A DNA stretch of 64,000 nt from Batkoa obscura (taxonomy: Eukaryota): positions 1,364,001-1,428,000 of the forward strand of contig JASVEC010000010.1 in NCBI GenBank assembly GCA_030770535.1. Reading direction: 5' to 3'. The position numbers and the translations under genes are program-made. Under the pieces are notes generated by a model that worked only from the letters and a program-made list of their open reading frames with translations, did no database searches and was not told where the DNA came from. Positions 25,714-36,500 of this stretch are shown piece after piece. The first letter of the stretch is position 1. Every line of letters starts with the position of its first letter.

Positions 25714-26295
25714 TTAAGCAACTTTCGCACCAGCTTCTGCACTCTCTTCCAATTTTGCTTTAGTAAATTGATGCCTTTTGCTCTGTACATGTTGATTATA
25801 ATTTTCCAACCGTTTAAATGATACAAAACATATTTTACACGAATATGGCTTTGTCCCTGAATGTTCTTTGATATGACGTGTTAGGTGCACTTTTTGTTTA
25901 AATGATTTATCGCATAAATGACATGTATATCTTTTTTCATTGTTAACGATGACTGTTGTTGAAGTATCCCTGAGCTTTGCGCCTAGGGGAGCACCTGGAA
26001 TCACAGTATTTGGTTTGGTAGGCGTAAGCAAGGGACTTGGCGGGGGAGGAATAGGATTATCAATATTATCATCTATATCGTCCAACTTTAAACGGATGGG
26101 GTAACACCAACGTTCGTAGTGGGTATACACCAATTCATCGTTATTTTTTTGAAAATTTTTACTAAAGTGTTTTTTAATGTTGTGCCAGTTGAAGGATTTT
26201 TCAGTTTGAAAGTATTTGTTACATTTGCCGCAAAACAAACGTGCGCTACCACTAATGCCTATCGTTCTATTCTCCATCCTTAAGTTATTATGCAT
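25714..26295 (-). CDS. C2H2 zinc-finger transcription factor (3 fingers)
   Basis: CGKC..HNIKKH; CHLC..HIKEH with SGTKPY linker; CKIC..HVQSKRH. Confidence 0.9.
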   Translation of the reverse strand: MHNNLRMENRTIGISGSARLFCGKCNKYFQTEKSFNWHNIKKHFSKNFQKNNDELVYTHYERWCYPIRLKLDDIDDNIDNPIPPPPSPLLTPTKPNTVIPGAPLGAKLRDTSTTVIVNNEKRYTCHLCDKSFKQKVHLTRHIKEHSGTKPYSCKICFVSFKRLENYNQHVQSKRHQFTKAKLEESAEAGAKVA

Positions 26296-26329
26296 CTAAA
26301 AAGTGACAAGCTCGAAGCTAAGCCTCTGG

Positions 26330-26462
26330 TTTATATACCTCAAATTTTTAGAGCTTAGTTTTGATTGGCGCTTGGAAGCTTAATTAGTTTTTACTCATGG
26401 TGATTGGCTCAGTTATCCCTGAATTCTTTAAGGGATTGGCTTAGATCTGCTTGATCCAATCG
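26330..26462 (-). promoter_or_regulatory. TATA plus clustered CCAAT boxes upstream of the C2H2 gene
   Basis: Minus-strand TATATAA about 35 nt before the ATG; GATTGG at ~26363, ~26402, ~26434 and CCAAT at 26456. Confidence 0.5.
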
Positions 26463-28362
26463 GAACTTTCTAAGCCATTTGTTTAGAACTCGAACTCATA
26501 TATATTAGAAATACAGAGAGATTTAGAATATTTATTCATTGTTATGGTCTATTATAGTATATTTTGAAGTCAAATATAAGACTTGTTTTCTAAAATTCTT
26601 TGTATTTGTATGAACCTTTATGTTTATTTTTGAATGATAGTAGAATTTTAACAGTTTCAAGTCCATTTCTATACACCTATCAATTAGAATTTGTTTTAAA
26701 AACATCATTTTGATTTGAATCATTTATTTTATATGCTATTTTTAACCTTACCTTAACTGTTCTACAAATTAATATCAAAAATATTCTTTAAGTCATAGTA
26801 TTGTCTTAATCGTTAATATTCATTTCTATAGTTTTAACGCTATAGCAAGCTATTGTTAGAAGTTAGATTAGAACCAATGTTATGATGTTAACTGTACTAT
26901 CTTTTAAATACCTTTAAGCTATTAATTTAAAAAAGCAATTTTATTGACTCGTTACTTAGATTAATATTTAGATATATATCACTAAAATTGATCTATACAA
27001 TTTTAAATTATAAATTATCTCAATATTTGTAATTATTTAAAATTGAAGGTATAATTGTTGTCTAATTTGAATTATGTTTACAATCGATTTTTTTACTTCT
27101 AAAAGATCAACTTAAGTTTATAATCCATAAGTTTAAAATAATAAAAATACAATGTTATCTGATAAATATAAAGAACACCTTAAAATGACATCGCCTAAAA
27201 CGTATTGGAAAAATGGTTTATTTTACTAATGCTTCATATATATAACTCAAGTTTGTTATTTTTTTTAAAATATTAATTTCTACCTAAAAAGCTACAACTT
27301 ATTTTATTACTCAAATAAATTAAATGACGAAATTCAAAGGGATAAATTTAATCAATTGATTATTAATGCTTAAGAAAAGTAAAAATGCTCAAACACTTTA
27401 TTGGTTAAAATAAAAAGCTAAAAGATACTGAGAAACTTTAAGGACTAAATTTAAAGATATAGTATATAGGCTCGTTGAAGCAGAATTTCTATAAAGGGGC
27501 TATATCTGTAGCCCTCTAATATACCTTACAATCCAAAAAAATTTAAAGAATTTAGTAATGTAAAGGACATGTTTTATTAAAAAAGTTCATAGTTTAAAAT
27601 AATAAATCAAAACTTGGCCTATAAAAGTATAGTTTACTTCGCTATCCAATAATATTTATTACTCCAATAACTTGGTACAAAAATACTGGTTTACAAATAA
27701 GGATTTAAATATATAATATAGAACTGAATACTACATTTTAGCACCTATTGATAAGCATTAAACATATATAAGTAACTATAATTACTAAAGTTAAATTGAG
27801 TTGTTTTATAGTATAAATAAACAAAAGAATAATGGAAATACCCATAAATTACCTTAATTTCAGTCTGTTATCTTAGGTACTTTAATAATTACTGGGAACT
27901 AAATGATAACAAATCAGATTTTGAATAGCATATCAACTCGAGAATAAATTAGATTAAAAAACAAAAGGATGGTATTAATATAATTTCAAAACTCAAAGGA
28001 TAGCTTTTATTTACAGTGTAATATCATTTGTTAAAACAATCAGTCTACAATTAATTAAGTTCACAGTTTAGTTCACTTTTATTACTATATCTGTCATATA
28101 TTTCATAATTTTGTTCCAAAATTGAAGATTATAGGTTAATTGAAAAATTAAAATCCAGAGTCGAAGAATGAAATTTCTATTTGTAGGAGCATCCCTGGTA
28201 AGAAATAGGGATTAAAAAGGGAATTGAATTAACAATCTCAATCTACCATAACCATGTAAGTAACATTAAATAATAAATTATGATGAACTCAAATGATTAA
28301 AAGAACACTCATAGGTATCAAGATGGAATTTTTCAAGCTTTTTTATCTTCTTATTTTACATA

Positions 28363-31300
28363 ATGTTTATATTAATTAATAACAATACCGTATGGAAATG
28401 GTTAACATACGCTACCTTAATAATATTAGTAATAAATATTGGTACGATAAACGGTTATAAAGATAGTATAGTTAAAAATAATAATATAATTGATAGTAAA
28501 GGAAGCAATGATTTAAATTTGATCAACGTAAAGAAGCTCTTAAGAAGACAAAATCAAAATAGTGAAAGTACTAATAAGTCATCCGAGACTGAAACAGGTT
28601 CCACTTCATCGACCCAAACCCAACAACAAACTCAACCTGCTGAAACCTCAAATACATTTTCATCGCCAAGTGAGAGTGTAACTCCCATGCCTCCAACTAC
28701 TACAAAAAGTACAGAATCTACATTAGAAAGTGTACCCACCATTTCTACTACAGAAAGCACAACCACAGTATCTACTACAAGCAGTAATAGTTCACCTTCG
28801 CTATCTATTACCACAAAGGAAACTTCATCTATAGAGTCTATCAGTAGTAAAGAAACTTCATCGATTCAACCATCAACTAGTACTGAAGGCTCAACTACTC
28901 CATCAACAACTTCATCATCTACTGTAACTGCTACTAATACTGATAATTCATCGAGTGCAACTACTACTAGTAACAATACCTCATCTACTAGTACTGAAGT
29001 CTCTACCAGTCTATCAAATTCTTCTACTGCAACTTCTACTAGTAGTGACAATTCATCAAGTACAACTACCACTAGTGTTAATAGCTCATCAAGTGCAACT
29101 ACTACTAGTAACAATACCTCATCCACTGCAACTTCTACTAGCGACAATTCATCAAGTGCATCCACTAGTACTGAAATCTCTACTAGTCCATCAACTTCAT
29201 CCACTCCAACTTCTAGTAGCGACAATTCATCCACTCTAACTACTAGTAGCAACAATTCATCCACTCCAACTACTAGTAGCGATAATTCATCCACTCCAAC
29301 TACTAGTAGCGACAATTCATCCACTCCAACTACTAGTAGCGACAATTCATCCACTCCAACTACTAGTAGCAACAATTCATCTACTCCAACTACTAGTAGC
29401 GACAATTCATCCACTCCAACTTCTAGTAGCGACAATTCATCCACTCCAACTTCTAGTAGCGACAATTCATCCACTCCAACTACTAGTAGCAATAATTCAT
29501 CCACTCCAACCACTAGTAGCGACAATTCATCCACTCCAACTACTAGTAGCGACAATTCATCCACTCCAACTACTAGTAGCAACAATTCATCTACTCCAAC
29601 CACTAGTAGCAATAATTCATCCACTCCAACCACTAGTAGCAATAATTCATCCACTCCAACTTCTAGTAGCGACAATTCATCTACTCCAACCACTAGTAGC
29701 GATAATTCATCTACTCCAACCACTAGTAGCAATAATTCATCCACTCCAACTTCTAGTAGCGATAATTCATCCACTCCAACTTCTAGTAGCGACAATTCAT
29801 CCACTCTAACTACTAGTAGTAACAATTCATCCACTCCAACTACTAGTAGCGATAATTCATCCACTCCAACTTCTAGTAGCGACAATTCATCCACTCCAAC
29901 TACTAGTAGCAACAATTCATCCACTCCAACTACTAGTAGCAATAATTCATCCACTCCAACTACTAGTAGCGACAATTCATCCACTCCAACTACTAGTAGC
30001 GACAATTCATCCACTCCAACTACTAGTAGCGACAATTCATCCACTCCAACTACTAGTAGCAACAATTCATCCACTCCAACTTCTAGTAGCGATAATTCAT
30101 CCACTCCAACTTCTAGTAGCGACAATTCATCCACTCCAACTTCTAGTAGCAATAATTCATCTACTCCAACCACTAGTAGCGACAATTCATCCACTCCAAC
30201 TTCTAGTAGCGATAATTCATCTACTCCAACTACTAGTAGCGACAATTCATCTACTCCAACTTCTAGTAGCGATAATTCATCTACTCCAACTTCTAGTAGC
30301 AATAATTCATCCACTCCAACCACTAGTAGCAATAATTCATCTACTCCAACCACTAGTAGCGACAATTCATCTACTCCAACCACTAGTAGCGATAATTCAT
30401 CTACTCCAACCACTAGTAGCGATAATTCATCTACTCCAACCACTAGTAGCGACAATTCATCTACTCCAACTTCTAGTAGCGATAATTCATCTACTCCAAC
30501 TTCTAGTAGCAATAATTCATCTACTCCAACTTCTAGTAGCGACAATTCATCTACTCCAACTACTAGTAGCGACAATTCATCCACTCCAACTTCTAGTAGC
30601 GATAATTCATCCACTCCAACTTCTAGTAGCGACAATTCATCCACTCCAACTTCTAGTAGCAATAATTCATCTACTCCAACTTCTAGTAGCGACAATTCAT
30701 CCACTCCAACTTCTAGTAGCGATAATTCATCTACTCCAACCACTAGTAGCAATAATTCATCCACTCCAACTACTAGTAGCGATAATTCATCCACTCCAAC
30801 TACTAGTAGCGACAATTCATCTACTCCAACTTCTAGTAGCGACAATTCATCCACTCCAACTACTAGTAGCGACAATTCATCCACTCCAACTTCTAGTAGC
30901 GACAATTCATCCACTCCAACTTCTAGTAGCGACAATTCATCTACTCCAACTTCTAGTAGCGACAATTCATCTACTCCAACCACTAGTAGCGACAATTCAT
31001 CTACTCCAACTTCTAGTAGCGACAATTCATCCACCCCAACTTCTAGTAGCGATAATTCATCCACTCCAACTACTAGTAGCAATAATTCATCCACTCCAAC
31101 TTCTAGTAGCGACAATTCATCTACTCCAACTACTAGTAGCGACAATTCATCTACTCCAACTTCTAGTAGCGATAATTCATCCACTCCAACCACTAGTAGC
31201 AATAATTCATCCACTCCAACTTCTAGTAGCGACAATTCATCTACTCCAACTTCTAGTAGCGACAATTCATCTACTCCAACTTCTAGTAGCAATAATTCAT

Positions 31301-33066
31301 CTACTCCAACTTCTAGTAGCGACAATTCATCCACCCCAACTTCTAGTAGCGATAATTCATCCACTCCAACTACTAGTAGCAATAATTCATCCACTCCAAC
31401 TACTAGTAGCGACAATTCATCTACTCCAACTTCTAGTAGCGACAATTCATCCACTCCAACTTCTAGTAGCGACAATTCATCCACTCCAACTTCTAGTAGC
31501 GACAATTCATCTACTCCAACTACTAGTAGCAATAATTCATCTACTCCAACCACTAGTAGCGACAATTCATCTACTCCAACTACTAGTAGCGACAATTCAT
31601 CTACTCCAACTTCTAGTAGCGACAATTCATCCACTCCAACTTCTAGTAGCGATAATTCATCCACTCCAACTACTAGTAGCAATAATTCATCCACTCCAAC
31701 TACTAGTAGCGATAATTCATCCACTCCAACTTCTAGTAGCGACAATTCATCTACTCCAACTACTAGTAGCAATAATTCATCCACTCCAACTTCTAGTAGC
31801 AACAATTCATCCACTCCAACTTCTAGTAGCGATAATTCATCCACTCCAACTTCTAGTAGCGACAATTCATCCACTCCAACTTCTAGTAGCGACAATTCAT
31901 CCACTCCAACTACTAGTAGCGACAATTCATCCACTCCAACCACTAGTAGCAATAATTCATCTACTCCAACTTCTAGTAGCGACAATTCATCCACTCCAAC
32001 TTCTAGTAGCGACAATTCATCTACTCCAACTACTAGTAGCGACAATTCATCCACTCCAACCACTAGTAGCAATAATTCATCTACTCCAACTTCTAGTAGC
32101 GACAATTCATCTACTCCGACTACTAGTAGCAATAATTCATCTACTCCAACCACTAGTAGCGATAATTCATCTACTACTAACTCAATTACAACTGAAACTA
32201 GCGCTTCAACCTCCACCTCGGGTACAGCTGAAACTACAGGCACTACTCAAACTACGGGTACAACTGAAACTACCCAGACTACTGCTTCTACTGCAACCAC
32301 AATTACTACAGGATCTACTGCTTCTACTAACACAATTGAAACTTCTACTGATGCCACATCAACCAGAGAAACAAGCACTGGATCTGTTTCTTCAGACAAA
32401 ACCACCAGTTTTACAACTTCAACGGCAACTGATTCCAGCTCAACCACTCAAATAAAAGCGCTTCCATCCGATGTTGCGGCCGCAGTTAGTTTTGAAATAC
32501 CAGCTGAAGAATATTATCCATTTACCATTATTATACGTAACAGAAACTATCTTTCATTTATTGATTCCGACACTTCAGCTCCAAATATGAACTCAGTCAA
32601 AGCATTTAGTAGTGACCTTATTGATGACTTTACCGATTTACTGTCTCAGCCACGCAATCGATTTTTCGTCCATCGTATTCAGCCTAGAAAAGCTGCAGAT
32701 TTGGTTGGTGACTCAGGATTAGATATCGAGGTACTTTTACTTCCTTCTGATGATCCTAATGACCCTACCATGTATGATCTCAAAAAGCAGTTTGATAATA
32801 TTGTACAAAATGAACGCTATAGATTAGCTTCTACCAAAGTGTTAAAAGACCTTGATATTGATCTGTTTATCAAAACCAATAATGGATATGGCAGACCAGA
32901 AGATTATGGGATCAATGGAAAATCTTCTAGTCCATACGCAGGAGTAGGGAGTGTTACACCTACACCTCAAAAATATTTTACCATTGGTGGATCAGTTGCT
33001 GCCGCTTTTGTTTATGCATTGATCACTGTTGGGTTCATTCGCTACCGTAGATCTTTATCAACTTAA
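28363..33066 (+). CDS. Msb2/Hkr1-like type I membrane mucin
   Basis: N-terminal hydrophobic segment, dibasic LRRQ site, very long Ser/Thr region, ~170-aa juxtamembrane domain resembling the Hkr1-Msb2 homology domain (IIIRNRNYLSFI..FFVHRIQP..IEVLLLP), TM, then RYRRSLST*. Confidence 0.75.
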   Translation: MFILINNNTVWKWLTYATLIILVINIGTINGYKDSIVKNNNIIDSKGSNDLNLINVKKLLRRQNQNSESTNKSSETETGSTSSTQTQQQTQPAETSNTFSSPSESVTPMPPTTTKSTESTLESVPTISTTESTTTVSTTSSNSSPSLSITTKETSSIESISSKETSSIQPSTSTEGSTTPSTTSSSTVTATNTDNSSSATTTSNNTSSTSTEVSTSLSNSSTATSTSSDNSSSTTTTSVNSSSSATTTSNNTSSTATSTSDNSSSASTSTEISTSPSTSSTPTSSSDNSSTLTTSSNNSSTPTTSSDNSSTPTTSSDNSSTPTTSSDNSSTPTTSSNNSSTPTTSSDNSSTPTSSSDNSSTPTSSSDNSSTPTTSSNNSSTPTTSSDNSSTPTTSSDNSSTPTTSSNNSSTPTTSSNNSSTPTTSSNNSSTPTSSSDNSSTPTTSSDNSSTPTTSSNNSSTPTSSSDNSSTPTSSSDNSSTLTTSSNNSSTPTTSSDNSSTPTSSSDNSSTPTTSSNNSSTPTTSSNNSSTPTTSSDNSSTPTTSSDNSSTPTTSSDNSSTPTTSSNNSSTPTSSSDNSSTPTSSSDNSSTPTSSSNNSSTPTTSSDNSSTPTSSSDNSSTPTTSSDNSSTPTSSSDNSSTPTSSSNNSSTPTTSSNNSSTPTTSSDNSSTPTTSSDNSSTPTTSSDNSSTPTTSSDNSSTPTSSSDNSSTPTSSSNNSSTPTSSSDNSSTPTTSSDNSSTPTSSSDNSSTPTSSSDNSSTPTSSSNNSSTPTSSSDNSSTPTSSSDNSSTPTTSSNNSSTPTTSSDNSSTPTTSSDNSSTPTSSSDNSSTPTTSSDNSSTPTSSSDNSSTPTSSSDNSSTPTSSSDNSSTPTTSSDNSSTPTSSSDNSSTPTSSSDNSSTPTTSSNNSSTPTSSSDNSSTPTTSSDNSSTPTSSSDNSSTPTTSSNNSSTPTSSSDNSSTPTSSSDNSSTPTSSSNNSSTPTSSSDNSSTPTSSSDNSSTPTTSSNNSSTPTTSSDNSSTPTSSSDNSSTPTSSSDNSSTPTSSSDNSSTPTTSSNNSSTPTTSSDNSSTPTTSSDNSSTPTSSSDNSSTPTSSSDNSSTPTTSSNNSSTPTTSSDNSSTPTSSSDNSSTPTTSSNNSSTPTSSSNNSSTPTSSSDNSSTPTSSSDNSSTPTSSSDNSSTPTTSSDNSSTPTTSSNNSSTPTSSSDNSSTPTSSSDNSSTPTTSSDNSSTPTTSSNNSSTPTSSSDNSSTPTTSSNNSSTPTTSSDNSSTTNSITTETSASTSTSGTAETTGTTQTTGTTETTQTTASTATTITTGSTASTNTIETSTDATSTRETSTGSVSSDKTTSFTTSTATDSSSTTQIKALPSDVAAAVSFEIPAEEYYPFTIIIRNRNYLSFIDSDTSAPNMNSVKAFSSDLIDDFTDLLSQPRNRFFVHRIQPRKAADLVGDSGLDIEVLLLPSDDPNDPTMYDLKKQFDNIVQNERYRLASTKVLKDLDIDLFIKTNNGYGRPEDYGINGKSSSPYAGVGSVTPTPQKYFTIGGSVAAAFVYALITVGFIRYRRSLST
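29200..32178 (+). repeat. Coding minisatellite, 30-bp unit x ~98 ([D/N]NSSTPT[T/S]SS)
   Basis: Unit RAYAATTCATCYACTCCAACYWCTAGTAGC repeated in register without indels from 29221 to 32160. Confidence 0.98.
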
Positions 33067-34452
33067 TCAAATTTATTTGTTATTTAAATAAAGGAGTCTG
33101 ATATCTTAACTAAGTCCGAGCTCTGCTTTATTTGATTGACACTATAAATGTATGTTCTGATATTAAAGATCATTGCTTAAAAAGTTACCAATTAGCTAGA
33201 TGTTTTTATATTTTGGGTATGATGAATGTTATATTAATCATCATTAAATATTATATTAAACTTTTCACTTGCTATCTTAGTTTTTAGTTATAATTGTTAT
33301 AGTAATACAAATTACTATAATAAGTATATATCATTTATTTTTAAGCAGTTATAAATTGAAAGTACTCAAAATAATGTTTTAAAGATATACTATAAATTTG
33401 CAGCAAAGTGTATACCAATGACTCTAGCATGCCAATTTTTATCATCAAAACCAAATAATTTTAATAAAAGTACACATTATAGGTTACCAAATTGAACATT
33501 AGAAGTAAACAAAATTTCACTCAAAGAATTTTTTGCTAACAAAATAGAACTGATTTGGCCATTTTAATGAAACCTGAGCGTGTTAAAGGACACACAGGCT
33601 AAAGTAAAAGTCTACTATTCGTCTCTTTGCTTGATTGTTAAAATCAATATGAGGATCCCTTTTTTGTTTCGATGCTGACTCACAGTCATTTAAAATTCAT
33701 GTTAAGCAGAAAAACAAACAGACAACTGAATTGGAAGTATGCTTTCATATATTATATTTTACTTTGATTCTTTTCAATCACATCATCATTATTCAAAGTT
33801 CTTTTTTACCATATTAATTACTTTATTGTCCAACAGCAATATATTCTGATTAGCAGATGCTTGTTAAAGAAGTTACTTCATTAAATATATAGACTATGTT
33901 ATTTTTGCTATACTTTAAGTAAACTAACTTACCTTATAGTTAGCAATTCTATTAATTTTGTGAAATTGAATTGCTTTCTAGGGAGCACAATAGTATTTTC
34001 AAGGAATGAACTTTTTATTACAGATTGTTAAACTAATGTAGTATTAACTACACCGCTTTTTTCATTAAGGTAATAATGCTTGATTCTGATGTTTTATTAA
34101 TAAGTCTTTAGAGTGAGTTTTATATACGTCACAATTTGTCCACATGGAATTGGAGCTATTAATTGCATGAAATTGCAAAGACATAGTTTATAATATGTAG
34201 TCCACTATGTTCAGATATAGTTTTAACTTATTTCCAATAAGCTTGGTTCTTAATATTATCATTTCAGAGCTGAATGATATATATATGCTATTGGATTATA
34301 GAAATTCCAAAAGTTTATTCGAGGCTTTATACCATAGATTACTGTAGAAATAATGCTGCTTTTTAAATGTCTTGGTAGTTAAAATGGAACAAAAGATTAC
34401 AAAATAAGGTTTCATAGTTACCTTGAATTCTTTTATTCTAAAAAGTGAATAT

Positions 34453-34547
34453 GGTAGTGTTTTTTTGACTTCATTTTTTCTATCTCTTAAGCGCTATTTA
34501 AGTGGAAAAATTGTTAATAAAATTCTTAAACCTAAAAATATATCCTC
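34453..34547 (-). mobile_element. MITE copy 13
   Basis: Consensus match with a small deletion; ATAT/ATAT flanks. Confidence 0.88.
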
Positions 34548-34991
34548 ATATATTGAATTTTGGTATAGTGCTTTAAAAATGAGATTTGAGATAAAGTAGC
34601 TTATTAAAGCCAATGGCACCAAGAGTTAATATACTCTAGAATGATCTCCTTCTAAATAAGTTATTAAAAAGTAAAATATGTAGTAGTAGAATATAAGATA
34701 GGTTAGTTTTTCATCTATAAAATTTAATCTTACTTTTAATTATTATATTAGCACTACTAACTTATAATTTGTAATTTAAATATATCAATTGAAGTAAATT
34801 TTCATTTTCATACTCTTAATTAAAAATCTTTTAGTAACAGTAATATCAAATATACAGAAATTACATTCTATTTTAAAGTTTCAAAAAGCTACAAAATTAA
34901 AAGTAATAGTAAAATTATATACTAATAATGTTTAAAGTATAATAATGATATTAAAATTTATTAGAATGAAACTAAAAACAAGTTAAGATAT

Positions 34992-35090
34992 GGGGATGTA
35001 TTTTTGTATTTAAGAATTTTACTAATAATTTTTCCACTCAAATAGCGCTTAAAAGATGGAAAAAGTAATGAAGCCAAAAAAAACACTCCC
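34992..35090 (+). mobile_element. MITE copy 14 (near-consensus)
   Basis: GGGGATGTATTTTTG...CAAAAAAAACACTCCC; ATAT/ATAT flanks. Confidence 0.95.
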
Positions 35091-36500
35091 ATATAAAATT
35101 ATTATTTTAATAATATATAAAAGTAAATAAATAATTTATTTCAACAACTTTTGATATTTCTTTTATTATAAATATATTCAGTTCAAATATATAATATTAT
35201 TCTAAATACATTAAAATTTGATGTTATATTAATAGTACACAAAATAAAATTTTAACTTTTAATATCATATCCCTTATTAATTTTTATTTTAAATGTTAAA
35301 AACAAATAGTAGAAGAACCTTAAACTCGATTATGTCTTATTATTATACTATATTATATGTACAAGTCTCAGTGAAATTGACCAATTTTGATATTATTAAT
35401 TTTCAATATATTTAAAGGTTTTATTTATTTAATCTATATATAATGAACTTTTAATATTATATTTTAAAATCTATTAATAAATTCCAAATAAAGCAACTGC
35501 TTTAATGTTTGAAAAATGTCAAAGTTTTAGTTACAGATTTTTTAAAAATACAACTTTTCAAACAAAATTTCACTTGTTTTACCAAAAAGATTCTAGAAAA
35601 ATAAACACAATATAAAATATCATATAATAATTCTATTTGTTGCTTAAGATAACTAATAAAACTTCTAAAGGTTCTAATAGAAACTTTCATCTTCCTTAAA
35701 ATTTGACTATACTAACTAATTTAATAAAACGACTTTATAGTACCTTAGTGATCATATTTATTTATACTAAAGTAACCTTAGCTATTTTTTAAATGTTATC
35801 ATGTTATTATCGAAACTTCAGTAATTTTTTAGTACTCCAATAAAAACCGAGGTATTTGATTAAATAAAACAATTGAGTTAAAAAACAATCTAAACATTTT
35901 CAAAATACTCTTGAAGAGTTATGATTTCATGGCATTATAGAGTTGAAATGATGTAATATTCAAAGAATAAACCATTTTTTTATGTTGTTTTATTAATACT
36001 TTACTTTCAGTTACGTTTTCAATTAGGCTAATTACTTAACTAAAGTATCAAACGAATCCTTTAAATTTACATTTATTTTTTTTAATAAACTTTTTAGTAA
36101 AGTTTAAAATGATTTAATGTACAGTTTTAATTGGTTGCTAATATTAATTATTAATTAATATACCTCTTTCAACTTGATAATAGTCATTAGTTTAATTTCA
36201 TAGATGTAACCAATTAACTTACTTAATGACTTGAGGTGACTGTTCTTTGGAACATGAAGTTATTTCTTCCAAATTTAGAATCGCTTTGATTAGTGGCTTT
36301 GTAAAAGTCCAAGCATTCAATGATTGGCTATGATTTAATCTATTAGGGTAGCTACTAAACCTAAAAATTATATATAAACAGGAAATAAATAAAAAGGTCA
36401 ACAGTTTGAATTTGATTATCTTTTACTTTTTTTTATTGCTACTCTTGACCTTTTTATTTTAGAACTTTTTTATTTAAGCTAACATATTAATCATACTATC

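Noticed and set aside
29221..32160. 30-bp repeats as a CRISPR array
   Set aside because: Units are head-to-tail with no spacers, lie in frame within a eukaryotic CDS, and there are no cas genes.
28866..32243. 1125-aa antisense ORF of VGVDELSLL repeats
   Set aside because: Shadow of the mucin repeat: the unit has no stop in that frame, and the ORF is confined to the Ser/Thr region.
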